Positions 38,194-51,119 of a stretch of DNA of 64,000 bases are shown in pieces. Origin of the DNA: Nageia nagi (lineage: Eukaryota > Plantae > Pinophyta); assembly GCA_050084985.1 (NCBI GenBank), contig JBITNC010000001.1:29264001-29328000 (forward strand), in the 5' to 3' direction. The stretch's first letter is position 1; every line of letters begins with the position of its first letter. Both the position numbers and the translations under genes were made by a program. The notes beneath the pieces are model-generated. The model searched no databases, was not told the origin of the DNA, and saw only the letters and a list, made by a program, of their open reading frames with translations.

Positions 38194-39910
38194 TGTTGCT
38201 CGTGTCTTTGTCAATTTTGTTCATGGGAATGCATGAAAGTATGTCTTCTTTGTGAAGACTTTGTACATAAAGAGTTAGCACCATCAGAAGAAGTGCTTCA
38301 AGTGTGTGCAGAGACTGGATTCAGTGTTCAGTTGTCTGAAACATGTCAGTCCATAACCTGTGAAGTGTGTGATTGGAGAAAAAGGACATCATTCTGCCTT
38401 GTCCAAAGAAGGCAATTCAAGTACTTGCAGTTCAGTCACTTGAATTTGAGTTCAAATTGCAGACCATAGAATAAAAATACTGTTTTTTATAAATACAGCC
38501 AGTGGCCAAATACGTAAAAACAGCCAAAAAATGGTGAATGCGGTGAAAATTTATGGATTTTAAAATTCGTAAATACGGAAAATTTGCAAAGAAACAGAAA
38601 ATTTGGCAAAAAAATGGACAAAGGACAACAAATTCGCGAAAAATACGTGGTGCATTAAAAAACAAAAGAACATGCACTGTTGCTCGTGTCTTTGTCAATT
38701 TTGTTCATGGGAATGCATGAAAGTATGTCTTCTTTGTGAAGACTTTGTACATAAAGAGTTAGCACCATCAGAAGAAGTGCTTCAAGTGTGTGCAGAGAGG
38801 ATTCAGTGTTCAGTTGTCTGAAACATGTCAGTCCATAACTGTGAAGTGTGTGATTGGAGAAAAAGGACATCATTCTGCCTTGTCCAAAGAAGGCAATTCA
38901 AGTACTTGCAGTTCAGTCACTTGAATTGAGTTCAAATTGCAGACCATAGATAAAAATACTGTTTTTTTAAATACAGCAGTGGCCAAATACGTAAAAAAAT
39001 ACGTGGGCATAAAACAAAGACTGCACTGTTGCTCGGTCTTTGTCATTTGTTCATGGAATGCATGAAAGTATGTCTTCTTGTGAAGACTTTGTAATAAAGA
39101 GTTAGCACCATCAAAGAAGTGCTTCAGTGTGTGCAGAAGGATCATGTCAGTTGTCTGAAACATGTCAGTCCATAACCTGTGAGTGTGTGATTGGAGAAAA
39201 AGGAATCATTCTGCTTGTCAAGAGGCATCAAGTACTTGCAGTTCAGTCACTTGAATTTGAGTTCAATTGCAGACATAAATAAAAATACTGTTTTTTATAA
39301 TACGCAGTGGCCAAATACGTAAAAACAGCCAAAAAATGGTGATGCGGTGAAAATTATGGATTTTAAATTCGTAAATACGAAATTTGCAAGAAACAGAAAT
39401 TTGCAAAAAAATGGACAAGGACAACAATTCGCAAAATACGTGTGCTAAAAAACAAAAGACATGCACTGTTGCTCGGTCTTTGTCAATTGTTCATGGGAAT
39501 GCTGAAAGTATGTCTTCTTTGTGAAGACTTTGTACATAAGATTAGCACATCAGAAGAAGTGCTTCAAGTGTGTGCAAGACGGATCAGGTTCAGTTGTCTG
39601 AAACATTAGTCCATAACCTTAAGTGTGTGATTGGGAAAAGACATCATTCTGCTGTCCAAAGAAGGCAATTCAAGTACTTGCGTTCAGTCACTTGAATTTG
39701 AGTTCAATTGCAACATAGAATAAAATACTGTTTTATAATACAGCCAGTGGCAAATACGTAAAAAATGGTGAATGCGGTGAAAATTTATGGATTTTAAAAT
39801 TCGTAAATACGGAAAATTTGCAAAGAAACAGAAAATTTGGCAAAAAAATGGACAAAGGACAACAAATTCGCGAAAAATACGTGGTGCATTAAAAAACAAA
39901 AGAACATGCA
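38194..39910 (+). repeat. Tandem array of four ~484-bp units (starts 38194, 38678, 39027, 39467), each spanning a flank/hAT-terminus junction
   Basis: Each unit begins TGTTGCTCG(T)GTCTTTGTCA and contains a variant of the TIR CATAGAATAAAAA. Middle copies differ mostly by short deletions. Confidence 0.95.
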
Positions 39911-42900
39911 ATTTTTTGATATTTTTCTATATAATATGCTTATCTAATTACCATAAATGATTAAATCATTCCCATAAATGATCATATCATCTACCAAAAC
40001 ATTCATGGCATAAAATTTAAAGAAAATGATAGTAGATCGTAATTCATGTTCATAAATCATAACATTGATATATGAAAATAAAAATCACCTACAAAATGTA
40101 TGTTAGATGAAAATGTCTGCTCAAAATCATAAGTGTACTACTACTGTCTTATAGATTAATAATGCTACTGAGTGCCAAGCGCCAATAAAGTACAAAAAAT
40201 AGCAAATAACTAAATACAATGTCTTATGACTCATCAATGTGTGCTGTACAAGGCTCTAGCCCTTTTACTAATCAATTGGCCACCACCACTACCACCACCA
40301 CCACCATGTACTCCTCTAATACATCTGGTAGGAGATTGAGAAGATGCTCTCGTAGGGTTAGGAACACTACGAGGAGGCAATTCTAAACAACTAGCACCGC
40401 CACCAACACTCTTGCAAGGCTTTTGCCTTTGCTTATGGTACCGAACAAGTGGCTCATCATCTTTAGGCTCACTCTCAGCATCTCAGTAAACCTAACGCTT
40501 ATAAACCTATTGAGATCCAACACCATGACCAAACTCCACAACAAGAGGCAATGGATCAAAACGTAGAGGCACCTCCTTCTCGCCCTCATTTGCAAGTTCA
40601 TCTATCTCTTGCTCCATGTCAAGCCATTCTTCTCGAAATGCTTCGTGTAGTTGCTCCTTTGGATCTGCCACTACATTCATTGGAGGTGCATCACTGTCAA
40701 AAAAGAAAAAAAAGTCAACATTTATAAGACCTATCAAGAGTTTTTAAATATCACATGTAGGAGATGGGAGTAGAATGAAGAACCTATATGAGAGATCAAT
40801 GACATATAAGTTAATGGGATCATACTTATCCTTCTTTTGTAGTTGCCTCACATACAATCGTATGTTGACATAAATGTATACAATATCATTCAAACATTGT
40901 GTTATCAACCTAATAACATAAAACAAATTTTTTCATAATGAGAACTGAGAAGAAGTGTCCATTGAATTTTGAAAGCTGAAAGGAATCAAAATTTAAATGA
41001 ATGAAATTTCTAACTTGTTGCGCTTCTTGGAGTGAATTTTTTCAAATGCACTCCGATTGCACTCACATCCTAAAGCGTTACATGTTTGACTAAGGATGCG
41101 AATGGCAAATCTTTGCAACTCAAGTTTTTCACCCCCAAAATTCATCCACCACAACTCTAAAAAATGAAGTAACGAAGCAAAATCAGAAAATATTAAATAT
41201 TTAAAGGCCTAAATGTATAAACTTAAAAAATTTAAAATTATAAATATAAAGTTAAAACTTAAAGTTTTAAACTATAAATAAACAACATAATGAACTTTGA
41301 ACTTTTCTCACTTGTAGAGATTGTGAAACATGCCTCTCTAGTAGAGTGATAACCAAAGAGGCCTCTTGAGTGCTTGTATGACTCAAGCTCCTTGAAGATG
41401 TGGGATTGAGTGGTGGGATCCTGGATCATACCAGTTTTGCATTTTGCAAGCTCTAAGTTAGCTAGAGTATTGGTCTTGTATTTAGAGTTTGGTGCAAAAA
41501 ACAAGATAGGGTTCAAAATGGCTCTTGCTCCATGAATAGGGCAATACAACATATTCCACCATCATTCATCAATAAGAGCCCAAAACTCCATGTGCTTGTT
41601 ACCAAACTCATTATCCTCATCATGGTGGTCAGTATAATAATACATCATGGCCTCCTTGGCCCTAGCCATGGCCTCATACAAATAGCCCATAATGGGCGTA
41701 TCATTATCAACCAAACAGAGGACTCGTACAAGTGGTGCAGTCATGCTACAAATCTCTTTGAGCGTCCTCCGAATTTCATCCTTGGCTATCAAAGAAGACA
41801 TTGCTGTACCCTTTGGCCTCGTGCTCATGGCGGTATCACTCCACTCTAGAAACAAACATTGAACATAGCTCATCTATGTTCTTGAATATCAACTGAAGAC
41901 AAATGAAGTTGGAGGCAAAATGTGTAACTCCTAGGTGCAACAAGTACTTGCCATTGATGTACATCCTCATCATGCTAAGAATGGTGGTTTTATTATAAAT
42001 GTACATGGTAAGATAAGTCTTTTAAGATAAGAAAATAAAAGATAAGATAAATATACTTAGTGATTGTTTTTGCTTGGTCAACCAACTTTCTCACCCATGG
42101 CATTTTGCCTATGTCCTCCAAAAGAAGATTAATGCAATGACAAGCACATGGAGTCCAGTAGAAGGAAGGATAAATATTCATAAGCCTGTTACCTACTGAA
42201 ACATAACTAGAAGAATTGTCTGTGACCACTTGGACAATGTGCTCTGCGCCCACCTCTTTCACAAACCGATCTAATAAGTCACATAACAAGATTGCATCTT
42301 TTGCCTTTTCGGATGCATCTATGGATTTCTTGAATATTGTGCCATGTTTGGAGTATACCAGAAAATCAATTAGGCTTCTACTCTTACTATTTGACCACTC
42401 GTTAGATAATATGGAGCAACCCGATATCTTCCAAGCATCTTCAATGTCAGCCATTCTGAAAAAAACAAAAATAAAACAACTAAATAAAAAAGTATTTAAA
42501 AATCTATAAGTAAAGATATACTAAAAAAAATTAATAATTAAAATTTAATACATACTTTTCATGGACTTCCTGCATGAGATTCCTCATGAGAGGTCCTTGC
42601 ATTTCTACATGAGTGGGTGCCATATACCCATGCCCGATCACAAACTACTGCGTCGAATGCTAGTTGCCAAAATACACTCTTGGTAATGTGGATCGGAACT
42701 TCATAATAAATCAATTTGGCCAACATCAAATCAACTTCTTTCATTTCCTTCTTCAACATACTGGTAATAGATGGATGGGATCTAGGATTTGCCTATGGCT
42801 GAAAGTAGGAATGGATTCCAATCCCACTAGTAGGTTTACTTGTACTTGCACCTGCACTTGTACTTGAAATATTTGCACTTGAAACAAAAGAACTCATCCC

Positions 42901-43600
42901 TCCTAGCTGCATTAGAAATGCTTGTTTCCTTTGTCTTTTCTTTACAATAGAATCCAAGGCTCTAAGTGCATCCAAGGCAAGATTTGGACCTGCATTTGGG
43001 CAACTCTCCACATTTCTCCTTGGTCTTCCAGAAAGATGCCCTTTGAACCATGTAATTGTTCCCATGATTTCTTTATTACAAAGATTACACCTGAAATGTG
43101 TTGTATTGCCTACAACCCTCTACAATGGAGTCACATACTATGCCAAAATTTGTCCAGCTCCTTAAGCATTTTGCAAATGAAGAAATAGAGCCCCCAAATT
43201 CAAACAACCTCCTCCAAATGAAGAAATAGAGACCTCAAATTCGAACAACCTCCTCCAAATGAAGAAATAGAGGCGTCAAATTCAAACAACCTCCTCCAAA
43301 TGAAGAAATAGAGAGCCTAACAAAGCTCCCCTCTTGCTCCCCTCTCCTTCCAAGCCTGCAAAAAATAAATGACACCCTTGCCTTTTCCCTTTATTCCATG
43401 CTAAACCTGACCATCGTATTCATGCCATTGCACATATTTTGCTTGTTTAGATGCTGAAAACGTGAAATGCGGTAGGTACAGGTTAGTGATGAGGTTTTGG
43501 TGCTGTCACACAACGTATTTGTGATGTTTTCTGCAATTTTTATCTGTTTTTATCACGTTTAAGCACCAAAATGCGTTCAATACGTGTATTTGACATTTTT
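38465..43600 (-). mobile_element. hAT DNA transposon with decayed intron-containing transposase (~43180-40380)
   Basis: zf-BED remnant (GTITWFKGHLSG..VESCP), DUF659/RNase H-like core (WKISGCSILSNEWS..VQVVTDN..WTPCACHCINLLLEDIGK) and hATC dimerisation region ~41150-41020 (WWMNFG..ELQRFAIRILSQTC..CECNRSAF). GT-AG intron 42555-42456. TIR CATAGAATAAAAA at 38465; the other TIR was not found. Confidence 0.9.
43174..43313. repeat. 41-bp tandem repeat x~3.4 at the 5' end of the hAT transposase gene
   Basis: CAAATGAAGAAATAGAG..CAAATTC(A/G)AACAACCTCCTC at 43174, 43215, 43256 and partial at 43297. Confidence 0.9.
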
Positions 43601-44428
43601 ATTGTGTTATGTTTTTGTTATGCTGCGGCAAGGCTCTGTTAGACTTTGCAAGGTGCAACATGATACACCAAAACATGAAAATGGGTCTGGTGAGCAACAT
43701 AAGCTCTCGGAACACTTGAAACTGACTTTGTCTTGAAGATGGAGGTCCAACAATGCTTTGAAGTGCCTGAAAATAGATTCAAACAAGTGCAAGAAGGGAA
43801 ATTTGGTTTGAGCATGATTCCAGCAAGGAAAACAATGGAACTAAAGAGCTAAGTCAAGGACTTAAGCGTTCAAATTTGTTTGAGACCTGAAACAGGGCAA
43901 CAAGAATACAAACCAGAATATCTCACTATTTAAAGCACAAAATGAGAATATAACAAATACCTAGAAGCTAAAAATGTAGACTTAACAGTAAGAAATACCT
44001 CAAACCACTTCAAGACGCTTGCACAGATATGCCAAGCCACACACAGTTGCTCAACCACACGAAGAGAAGGAAAAAAACAAGAAGTTGCAAAGCAAACGAA
44101 ATGTTTTCTATTGTGAGTGTTGAAACTGATAACATAACAATACAATAATCTTCTCTATATCTACAAAGGAAAACAAAGACCTATTTGTAGAAGCAAGAAA
44201 TGGAGTATAGAGGACTCCAAGAAATCTGATGCATATACAAAATACTGCTGATAGGTTAGAGAATGTGGACGGCCATATGCTTGCATCAAAAGATCAGATT
44301 GTGAGCATTAAAGCTCAACTAAATACCTGCAAAAGAGTTAAATGCCGGTAGGTGAATAGAGTAATGGAGTAGACGAGCGCAGAGTGACTAGGAGCCATTG
44401 ACGCAGGACTGTTCATGTTTAAATGAAG

Positions 44429-46030
44429 TCAACCCAGAACATTAAATTCTTTCAACAAAACTGTGGGAGTGATCAAAGAATGAAATAAATATAGTTTGAA
44501 TGGTATGTCATGGAAGTGAAGTTGCATGCAGTACCTCTCTAGGGAGTAGACCGTCTCGTATCCTCTACATACTCTAGGTGGGGCTGCTGCTTTCATTGAG
44601 AATCTAGGCCCAAAGAGTTCTTTCAAGTAGGTGTAGGAGGTGGCAGTCTCAATAACCATGTCATGGCAGGTGATTTGGATCTGGTTGGTTGTGCGCTTGG
44701 AAACATTAAAGGCCAAGACATTAGTCTTACTGAGGTTCACTACTAGCTCTTGCTTGTCATTGAAAGAGTCCAAGGCATCCATCAAATATTGAAGGTCCTC
44801 TATGGTATGTGAAAGAAGAACAATGTCATCGACAAAGAGAAGGATGGGGATGTGACTATCGTGAGGGAGGCAACCTTCCTGAAGACCATAGAATAAAAAA
44901 AACGCCATTAAACGCAAAAAACGTTGTTTTTTTCTGTTTTTCCAAAAAATTCGTATTTTCCCTCAAAAAATGCCAAAAATGCCGTTTTTTACTAGCAAAA
45001 AAAGTCATTTAAATGGGCAAAAAATGTTGAAATTAGGTTGAAAACGTGGCTGTTTTTTTCGTATTTGTCGTTTTTTCTGTTTAAACGTCCAAAAAACGCA
45101 AATGAAGAATACACCCCTTGCTATACTTGTCGTATCCGTCGTTTTTTGCCCTTTTTTGGCTGTACCCACCTTTTTTCCTCAAATTTGCCAATTTTTTATT
45201 GTGAATTTTTCCCCTTTTTTTTGGCATTTTTTGTCCGTTTTTTCCCTATTTACTAATTTTAAAACCCATGAATTTTTGCTGTATTCAACGTATTTTGACT
45301 GTTCATTGGCCGTTTTTATGTCTTTGGCCTTGGGCCATATTTTCAAAAAACCGTCTTTTTATTCTATGCTCAAGACTTGCAGCCTCTAATACGAAGGACT
45401 CCAAGTCATTAATGTAAAGTCCAAAGAGGGTCGGGGAGAGTGGGCATCCTTGATTCACTTCAATAATACTAATAATGCTATTTGAGAGACCCTCTAAGGT
45501 ATGGAATTGACATGATAATGTCTCATATAGAGTGAAGATGGTTGTGAGTCCAATCTCAAGGACCCCTAAATATCGAAGTCTGTCCATAGGTCAATGATGA
45601 GTAATTGTGTCAAAGGTCTTCAAGACGTCCACAAAGCAGTAAAAGATCAGGAACTTTTGGAACTTGTCGTTTTCAATGATTGCCCACAAAGTGAGGACAT
45701 GGTTGGAGGTATGGTAATCTCTACGGAAACCTACTTGCCCTCTTGCTCTAAGGCCTCTATCATCTACATTTGTGATATATAGTCCTCCAAGATGGTGGCA
45801 TAAAGCTTGGCTAGAGTGTGGCTGATCATGATGATGTGATCATTGCTTGGTTCATTTGGGTCACCAGATTTGAAGTTGGGGTGGATGATGTTTGAGCTCT
45901 AGGAGATGGGAAACCCAGAGCAGATTACTTTGTTGAAGAGGCTAGAAAGGAAGGGGGAGGGTAAAACTGACATGTTTAAGGTGTTCGGCTTGGAGGTTAT
46001 CTATGTTTGAGGCCTTATCAGAGCAAAGTT
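44429..46030 (-). mobile_element. Non-LTR retrotransposon RT fragment (RTE/RTEX-like), split by a MITE
   Basis: VNQGCPLSPTLFGLYINDL (RT domain 4) lies to the right of the MITE; ILLFVDDIVLLS (domain 5) and LVVNLSKTNV..YTYL lie to the left. Confidence 0.85.
44887..45368. mobile_element. 482-bp non-autonomous hAT element (MITE)
   Basis: 13-bp perfect TIR CATAGAATAAAAA / TTTTTATTCTATG, 8-bp TSD CTGAAGAC/CTCAAGAC (7/8), and CCGT/CGTA-rich subterminal motifs. Confidence 0.93.
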
Positions 46031-46969
46031 TTTGACTATGTGGACATGGGGAGAACTCAAGTTATTGTATTTATCACTTGACCTTTAGGGGACTCAAGTT
46101 GCAAGGGTCTTGAAGTTCTGTATTGGTTCAAGTTTCAACAACATATTATTGAGGAAAAAGCTTACACCATCTTAAAAGATTCTATAATTAGATTCTTCTT
46201 GGCCTTGAATCTTAGAAGTGGCTTCTGTTGATGCCGCCTGGTTAGATACCCCTCTTTTCTGCATTTATCATTTTGGTCTTCACCACTTGAGATTTTAGGT
46301 AATTTTCAGTTTTTAGAGCTCTTCAAATGTTTCTTCTTGTTTACTTATTGGAACTATTATGATCATATTGAAGTTGAATTGAATTTTCTTGTATGCTTGT
46401 TTGTGAATTATATGTTTTAGGACATAACCTCTTTGGTTTTACTCCATTTTGCTTTTCATACTTATTTTAGTATAGTCTTAGTTGTTTGCTAGTTTTCACA
46501 TTTGAGGGTTTTCTTTTTTATTTCTACACTTTTATTTGTAAGCTGTTTATTATGGACAGTAAAATCATCTAATCTCATTGTGCTCCACTTATGCACTATC
46601 TTATTTGTGCTATTAACTGTTTATAGCTTACTAATGGGTGGTTGATCTCATTCCATTGCCTTATGCTTATGTTTTCACTTCCTTTCCTTTGAGTGTGTAG
46701 AAGGCATTCAAGTTATTTCCTTGTCTGATTGCAATTGTCTTTCTTTTTTTCTCTTTATCACATGTATCATATTTGAACCTTGAAGGATACGGAATGGTTT
46801 ATTATTAAATAAACATTCTTGTACATAATTTACTCTTCTTAAGATTAAAAATTACATGTCTGATTTACATTTTATGTTTAAAATGAAAAATGTTTTATGG
46901 CTATAAGATTAATGACAACATATCTTCGCTTCAATGGTACTTATATTGATAAAAATTGTTTAATGGCAG

Positions 46970-47060
46970 CTCCCTAACGGAGGCATTTTGTATTGCAATC
47001 TTAGAGGCAGCTAGTTGTGGATTGCTAACTGTGAGTACACGAGTTGGAGGGGTTCCAGAG
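46970..47060 (+). CDS. PIGA: PIG-A exon 4 (GT-B EX7E motif)
   Basis: GCAG| (S)[30 protein letters not shown]; the frame requires the non-canonical donor GAG|GCATGT. Confidence 0.95.
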
Positions 47061-47275
47061 GCATGTATGCAGTTTCATTTTCTTTGTTTCCAAGAGCATC
47101 TATTATCAATTCTAGTTAGCTCTTAAACTTATTTTATTTCTTTATATGATTATGTCAACACTGTAGGTTTGGTTCATATTTTTTGAGTCTAGTTAGTTGA
47201 TGAATTCCTATCAGAAATGACTAGTAAGTGAGATCCTACTATTTGGACTTTATAAATGGTTGCTTGCTTTTGCAG

Positions 47276-47392
47276 GTTCTGCCTCCTGATATGATTGTAC
47301 TTGCAGAGCCTGTACCTTCAGATATGGTATCAGCCATCGGAAGAGCAATACAAATTCTTCCAAAGATTGATCCTTATGATATGCATGATAGG
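47276..47392 (+). CDS. PIGA: PIG-A exon 5
   Basis: TGCAG| VLPPDMIVLAEPVPSDMVSAIGRAIQILPKIDPYDMHDR |GTAGGT. Confidence 0.95.
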
Positions 47393-48879
47393 GTAGGTTG
47401 TCACCCTTTTGACAGTATAATTGTGTTGTTTGCATTACAAATGTTGAAGGTGTAGATCTTTAATTAGATCACCGCCTAGCTAGTATGCTTGGAGAGAAAT
47501 AAGACTCCTTGTAAGAACAAGGGAACTGTTGGCTTTACCTCGTTAGTTCAAACTTCAAATTATCCTTGTGTGGGATGAGACTTAACCTGATGAGTGCCAA
47601 CACATTTTATGTTTTTTGTATGTGAAATTTATTAGTTGTCTGAACTTTGTTGTGGAACTTATGATTGATGCATACGGCAATTACATTTCTGTGGAATAAA
47701 ATATTGCTTGTATAAATTTGTGTCTGCCTATTTCAACATAAATAATTTTATCAAAATACTTAATGAGCCCACTTACATATGATATGTTGTTTTCATTGCT
47801 GCACAATATAATGGATTTTGAGGTACAAAGGCGCATGTTAGTCATTACGATATCAGCACATGTGCTGTAGGCGGGCTTAAAGAAAAACATATATGTGTTA
47901 GGAGGTGAAGTCAATGTCCAGATCTCCAATGTTTTACAAGAGAGTGGTGTATGGTGATGCAGCATATGGGTGCCGGGTGGTAATGGGGGTCGTTTGCAGC
48001 CCCTCGCCTTGGGTTTGGGGGCAGAGCCTCTGACCTGAAAATTTGTATGACCATATGATTATTCCATACAATGCGGAACTCATGTGGTTTGCATGTACTG
48101 CCTTTTCTGGAATCTTCTTTTGTTTTCTACAAAGAGGGAATGGCCCTTGTATTTGTAAAGTACAAAATTGTAAAGTTCATTGAGATTAATAAAATATTCT
48201 ATCTGCCATTTCCCCATGGTTTTACCTGGACACAACATGCTTTCCGCATAAAATCTCGTGTTATTTTGTTTTTGTTTCTATTTGCATGCTTTTAATTTCT
48301 TAACAATATGCAGCTGCCACAAATGGAAATCAGGGTGCAGTGATGTGCCAAAACTGGTTCAGTATGCATTTAGGGAGGATGAGAGGGAAGGCAGGGGGAT
48401 GTTATTGTTAAATGTTGATGTTAGATTTAGAAGCTAGCTATCATAATCATAAGTTTAAAGTTTAAACCCTTTCAACTTCTGTAAATATAGACAATCAAGG
48501 CAACAGAGAGAGCATAGAGGTACAACACTGATCAAATGTTGCTTGAGAGGATTTCCATTCTTCTTAAGGTTGATGCCGTCGATGAAGATTTCTTTGTAAG
48601 CTACAACTAATTCTTCTCCAAATATAGCAACCTCTGCTAGCTACATGGATTCACCCTTAAAGGGGCTTGGTTTTAACTATTCTCAGAGGTTTGGTCCAAC
48701 AGATAATTACAAATCTTTAGAAGGAATTACATGATTGAATTCCCAGATAAGTACAGTTTTGGTGACATTTGAGGGCCAAAAATCTATCCCATCACAAGAT
48801 GTCTAGGCATGTGATGAACAACAGTATGATGTACGGAAAGGAGAATAGCAAGTGGTTGAATTAGGTTTCAGATAGCTAT

Positions 48880-49400
48880 GCAAGCTAAACTCTGATATGT
48901 ATGTTATGGCACTTTCAGGAATTTATGTAGTCACAGAAGTGCTGCACTTGAAGAAAATAAGGTAAATTCTGCGTAGGTTGAAACAAGCTATGCTTAAAAT
49001 CCAACGGCAACTGCTGGTCACTTCATAGCACTACAACCCAGTGCAAACAAAGCTTTTTTTTTTCAATGAACAAATATTACAAACGGCTTTCTAAAAACAA
49101 AACATTCTTCATTTTGTAAGGGTAAATAAACTAGAAATGCAAAGGGAGGTGGAGCAACTTATTGACGAATTTGCAGATGTCTTCTAGGATCTCTTTCATG
49201 GCTTGCCTTGGGATGGAAGACAAGAACAGATCATTATTCTGGAACCAAGCACCAAAACGGTCATTGTTTTGCATATATGCATTGAAATCTTTCTAAGGAT
49301 GAGACCGAATCGTACAGAAACTATTGGGTTAGGTTCATGTAGTTTTGAATAAAAAATTATTTGCCTCTTTGGTAGTGAAAATAATTAATAAGGCATGCAT
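48880..49400 (+). mobile_element. Highly decayed Ty3/gypsy protease-RT junction relic in intron 5
   Basis: ~49150-49380 reads EFADVF*DLFHGLPWDGRQEQIIILEPSTK..KDE..FASLVV, matching the gypsy RT N-terminus. Confidence 0.55.
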
Positions 49401-50523
49401 GCATTACTGATTGAAATTGAATAACAGATAAGGAGCTATAATTACAATGATTGAATGATGATTTGGATATTACCACATAAGGATGCAGAAATGCAGAGTC
49501 ATCAAGGCTATGAACTTTGGAAGATTTCCTTCATCCAACAAATGTGATAGGAATTAGGATATATAATTGTTGACAGTGTGACTGCATTATGTAAGGTCTG
49601 TAGTAATGTAGGCAACACTTTCTATGTATTATTGGGTAATTATTCTCCTATTTAGAGGCGTACCTTCCAGAAAGTTATTGCTTGGTAATTACTTGTGTTT
49701 CTCATTTATTCGCTCTTCTTCATTAGTGTGTTATATGATAGAATTGTAGACTTCTCTATCATGATGCATCCCTTCTGTAAGATTGATCATGATGATGAGC
49801 ATTCTACTACAATGATTTTTGCCAAAGTTTTAACATATTTTAATATTTTTGATGTCAATTGAGTGAATTCATCATTAAATGGGAAATATCTTTCTCCGTG
49901 AAAAGTTGAATATTTGGTTAAGTTTGTTTTTGAGTATATATTTAGTATCAGTTATGCTTGTAATTTTTGCATCCATTTAGTATGTTTTTGTGTTAACATT
50001 AAACTGGTGAACTATAATGGAAAGGAAAATCAAAGAAGCTATTGGATCCTTTAAAAGATTTAGAGAGTTTGAAACAACAAACCTGGCAGGAGAGACAACA
50101 AACTCAAGGTTCAATAGATCCTTGGATTTTGAGGATGTTGATGAAATGTTACACTCAATTTTCACTTCTGTTTGATCTACCATATGTTACATATAGAACG
50201 GAGCACTTCTAGTTTGTTTGAAACAATTTTGTGCAGAAACATTTGGGTAGTGTAACATTGTTCCAGTGTTTTCTTGATGTTTGGATATTTATGCATTGAA
50301 GGTATAACTTGAACTCACCCAGTCCAGTCTGCTGCTTTTCTTTCTATTACTTCACAATTATCTCCTTCAGTATGTTTTCCAGATACTTCAGAATTTGCAT
50401 GTTTCTAGTCAAATTTCTTGTATAGAGAGGTGGTAAGATCAAAGCCTGGTGTTCTTCACAAATGATACCTTCTCAGTATGGATTGTGCTTCAAATCTGAT
50501 AAATCTTCGGTTTCCTCTTTCAG

Positions 50524-50627
50524 ATGAAGGATTTATACAGTTGGAGTGATGTTGCACAGAGAACAGTTGTGGTATATGATCGTGCTGAGGATTCTAGCAA
50601 TGGGAATCTGTTACAGCGTCTTTCACA
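50524..50627 (+). CDS. PIGA: PIG-A exon 6
   Basis: TTCAG| MKDLYSWSDVAQRTVVVYDRAEDSSNGNLLQRLS, then CA|GTAACT, phase 2. Confidence 0.93.
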
Positions 50628-50766
50628 GTAACTACTGACAATTTACATAATTCTTGACATGAACCAAGATTACTTTGCTTCTTTAAATTTTTGGTTTAAC
50701 ATTCTTGAATAACAAGTGATGTGTATATTGATCTTATCCGGCTAAAGTTTTCTCTCTCATTTTCAG

Positions 50767-50857
50767 GTATTATGAATGTGGTGCTTGGGCTGGAAAACTA
50801 TTTTGTTTGGTAATGGTTCTGGATTTCATATTTTGGCGCCTCCTTGAATGGTGGCAG
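50767..50857 (+). CDS. PIGA: PIG-A exon 7 (transmembrane segment)
   Basis: TTCAG| (Q)YYECGAWAGKLFCLVMVLDFIFWRLLEWWQ |GTGAGA. Confidence 0.94.
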
Positions 50858-51119
50858 GTGAGATTGATCAAGGTTTCTCTTTCTTGGTGTTGTTTTTTAT
50901 AATTCATCTTGGTTTTTTGTCATACTTTTTATGGATGCCAGATTTAAAAGTTGAAACTTCAAATTGTGAGGGGAATTCTTATAACTGTGATTGTATGGAT
51001 GGTAGATGACAGTTAGAACAAACATAAAACTAGAATCATCAACACTGAATTGTTTTATTTTACAAAATAATCTTGTCATTTCTCTCAAATGATTTCACTT
51101 AAAAAATTATAAGCTCACC

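Noticed and set aside
38179-38821. Cys-rich ORFs (CCSCLCQFCSWEC..) suggesting a metal-binding peptide
   Set aside because: Non-ATG starts, no recognisable domain spacing, and they lie in the tandem array across a transposon junction
43174-43313. Regular 41-bp repeats as a CRISPR-like array
   Set aside because: Head-to-tail units with no unique spacers, inside a eukaryotic hAT element, and no cas genes
43610-43630. Candidate second TIR of the large hAT (TGTTTTTGTTATG)
   Set aside because: Only 9/13 match, and the flank CTGCGGCA matches TTGCAGAC poorly; the end is probably truncated by adjacent LTR-like sequence
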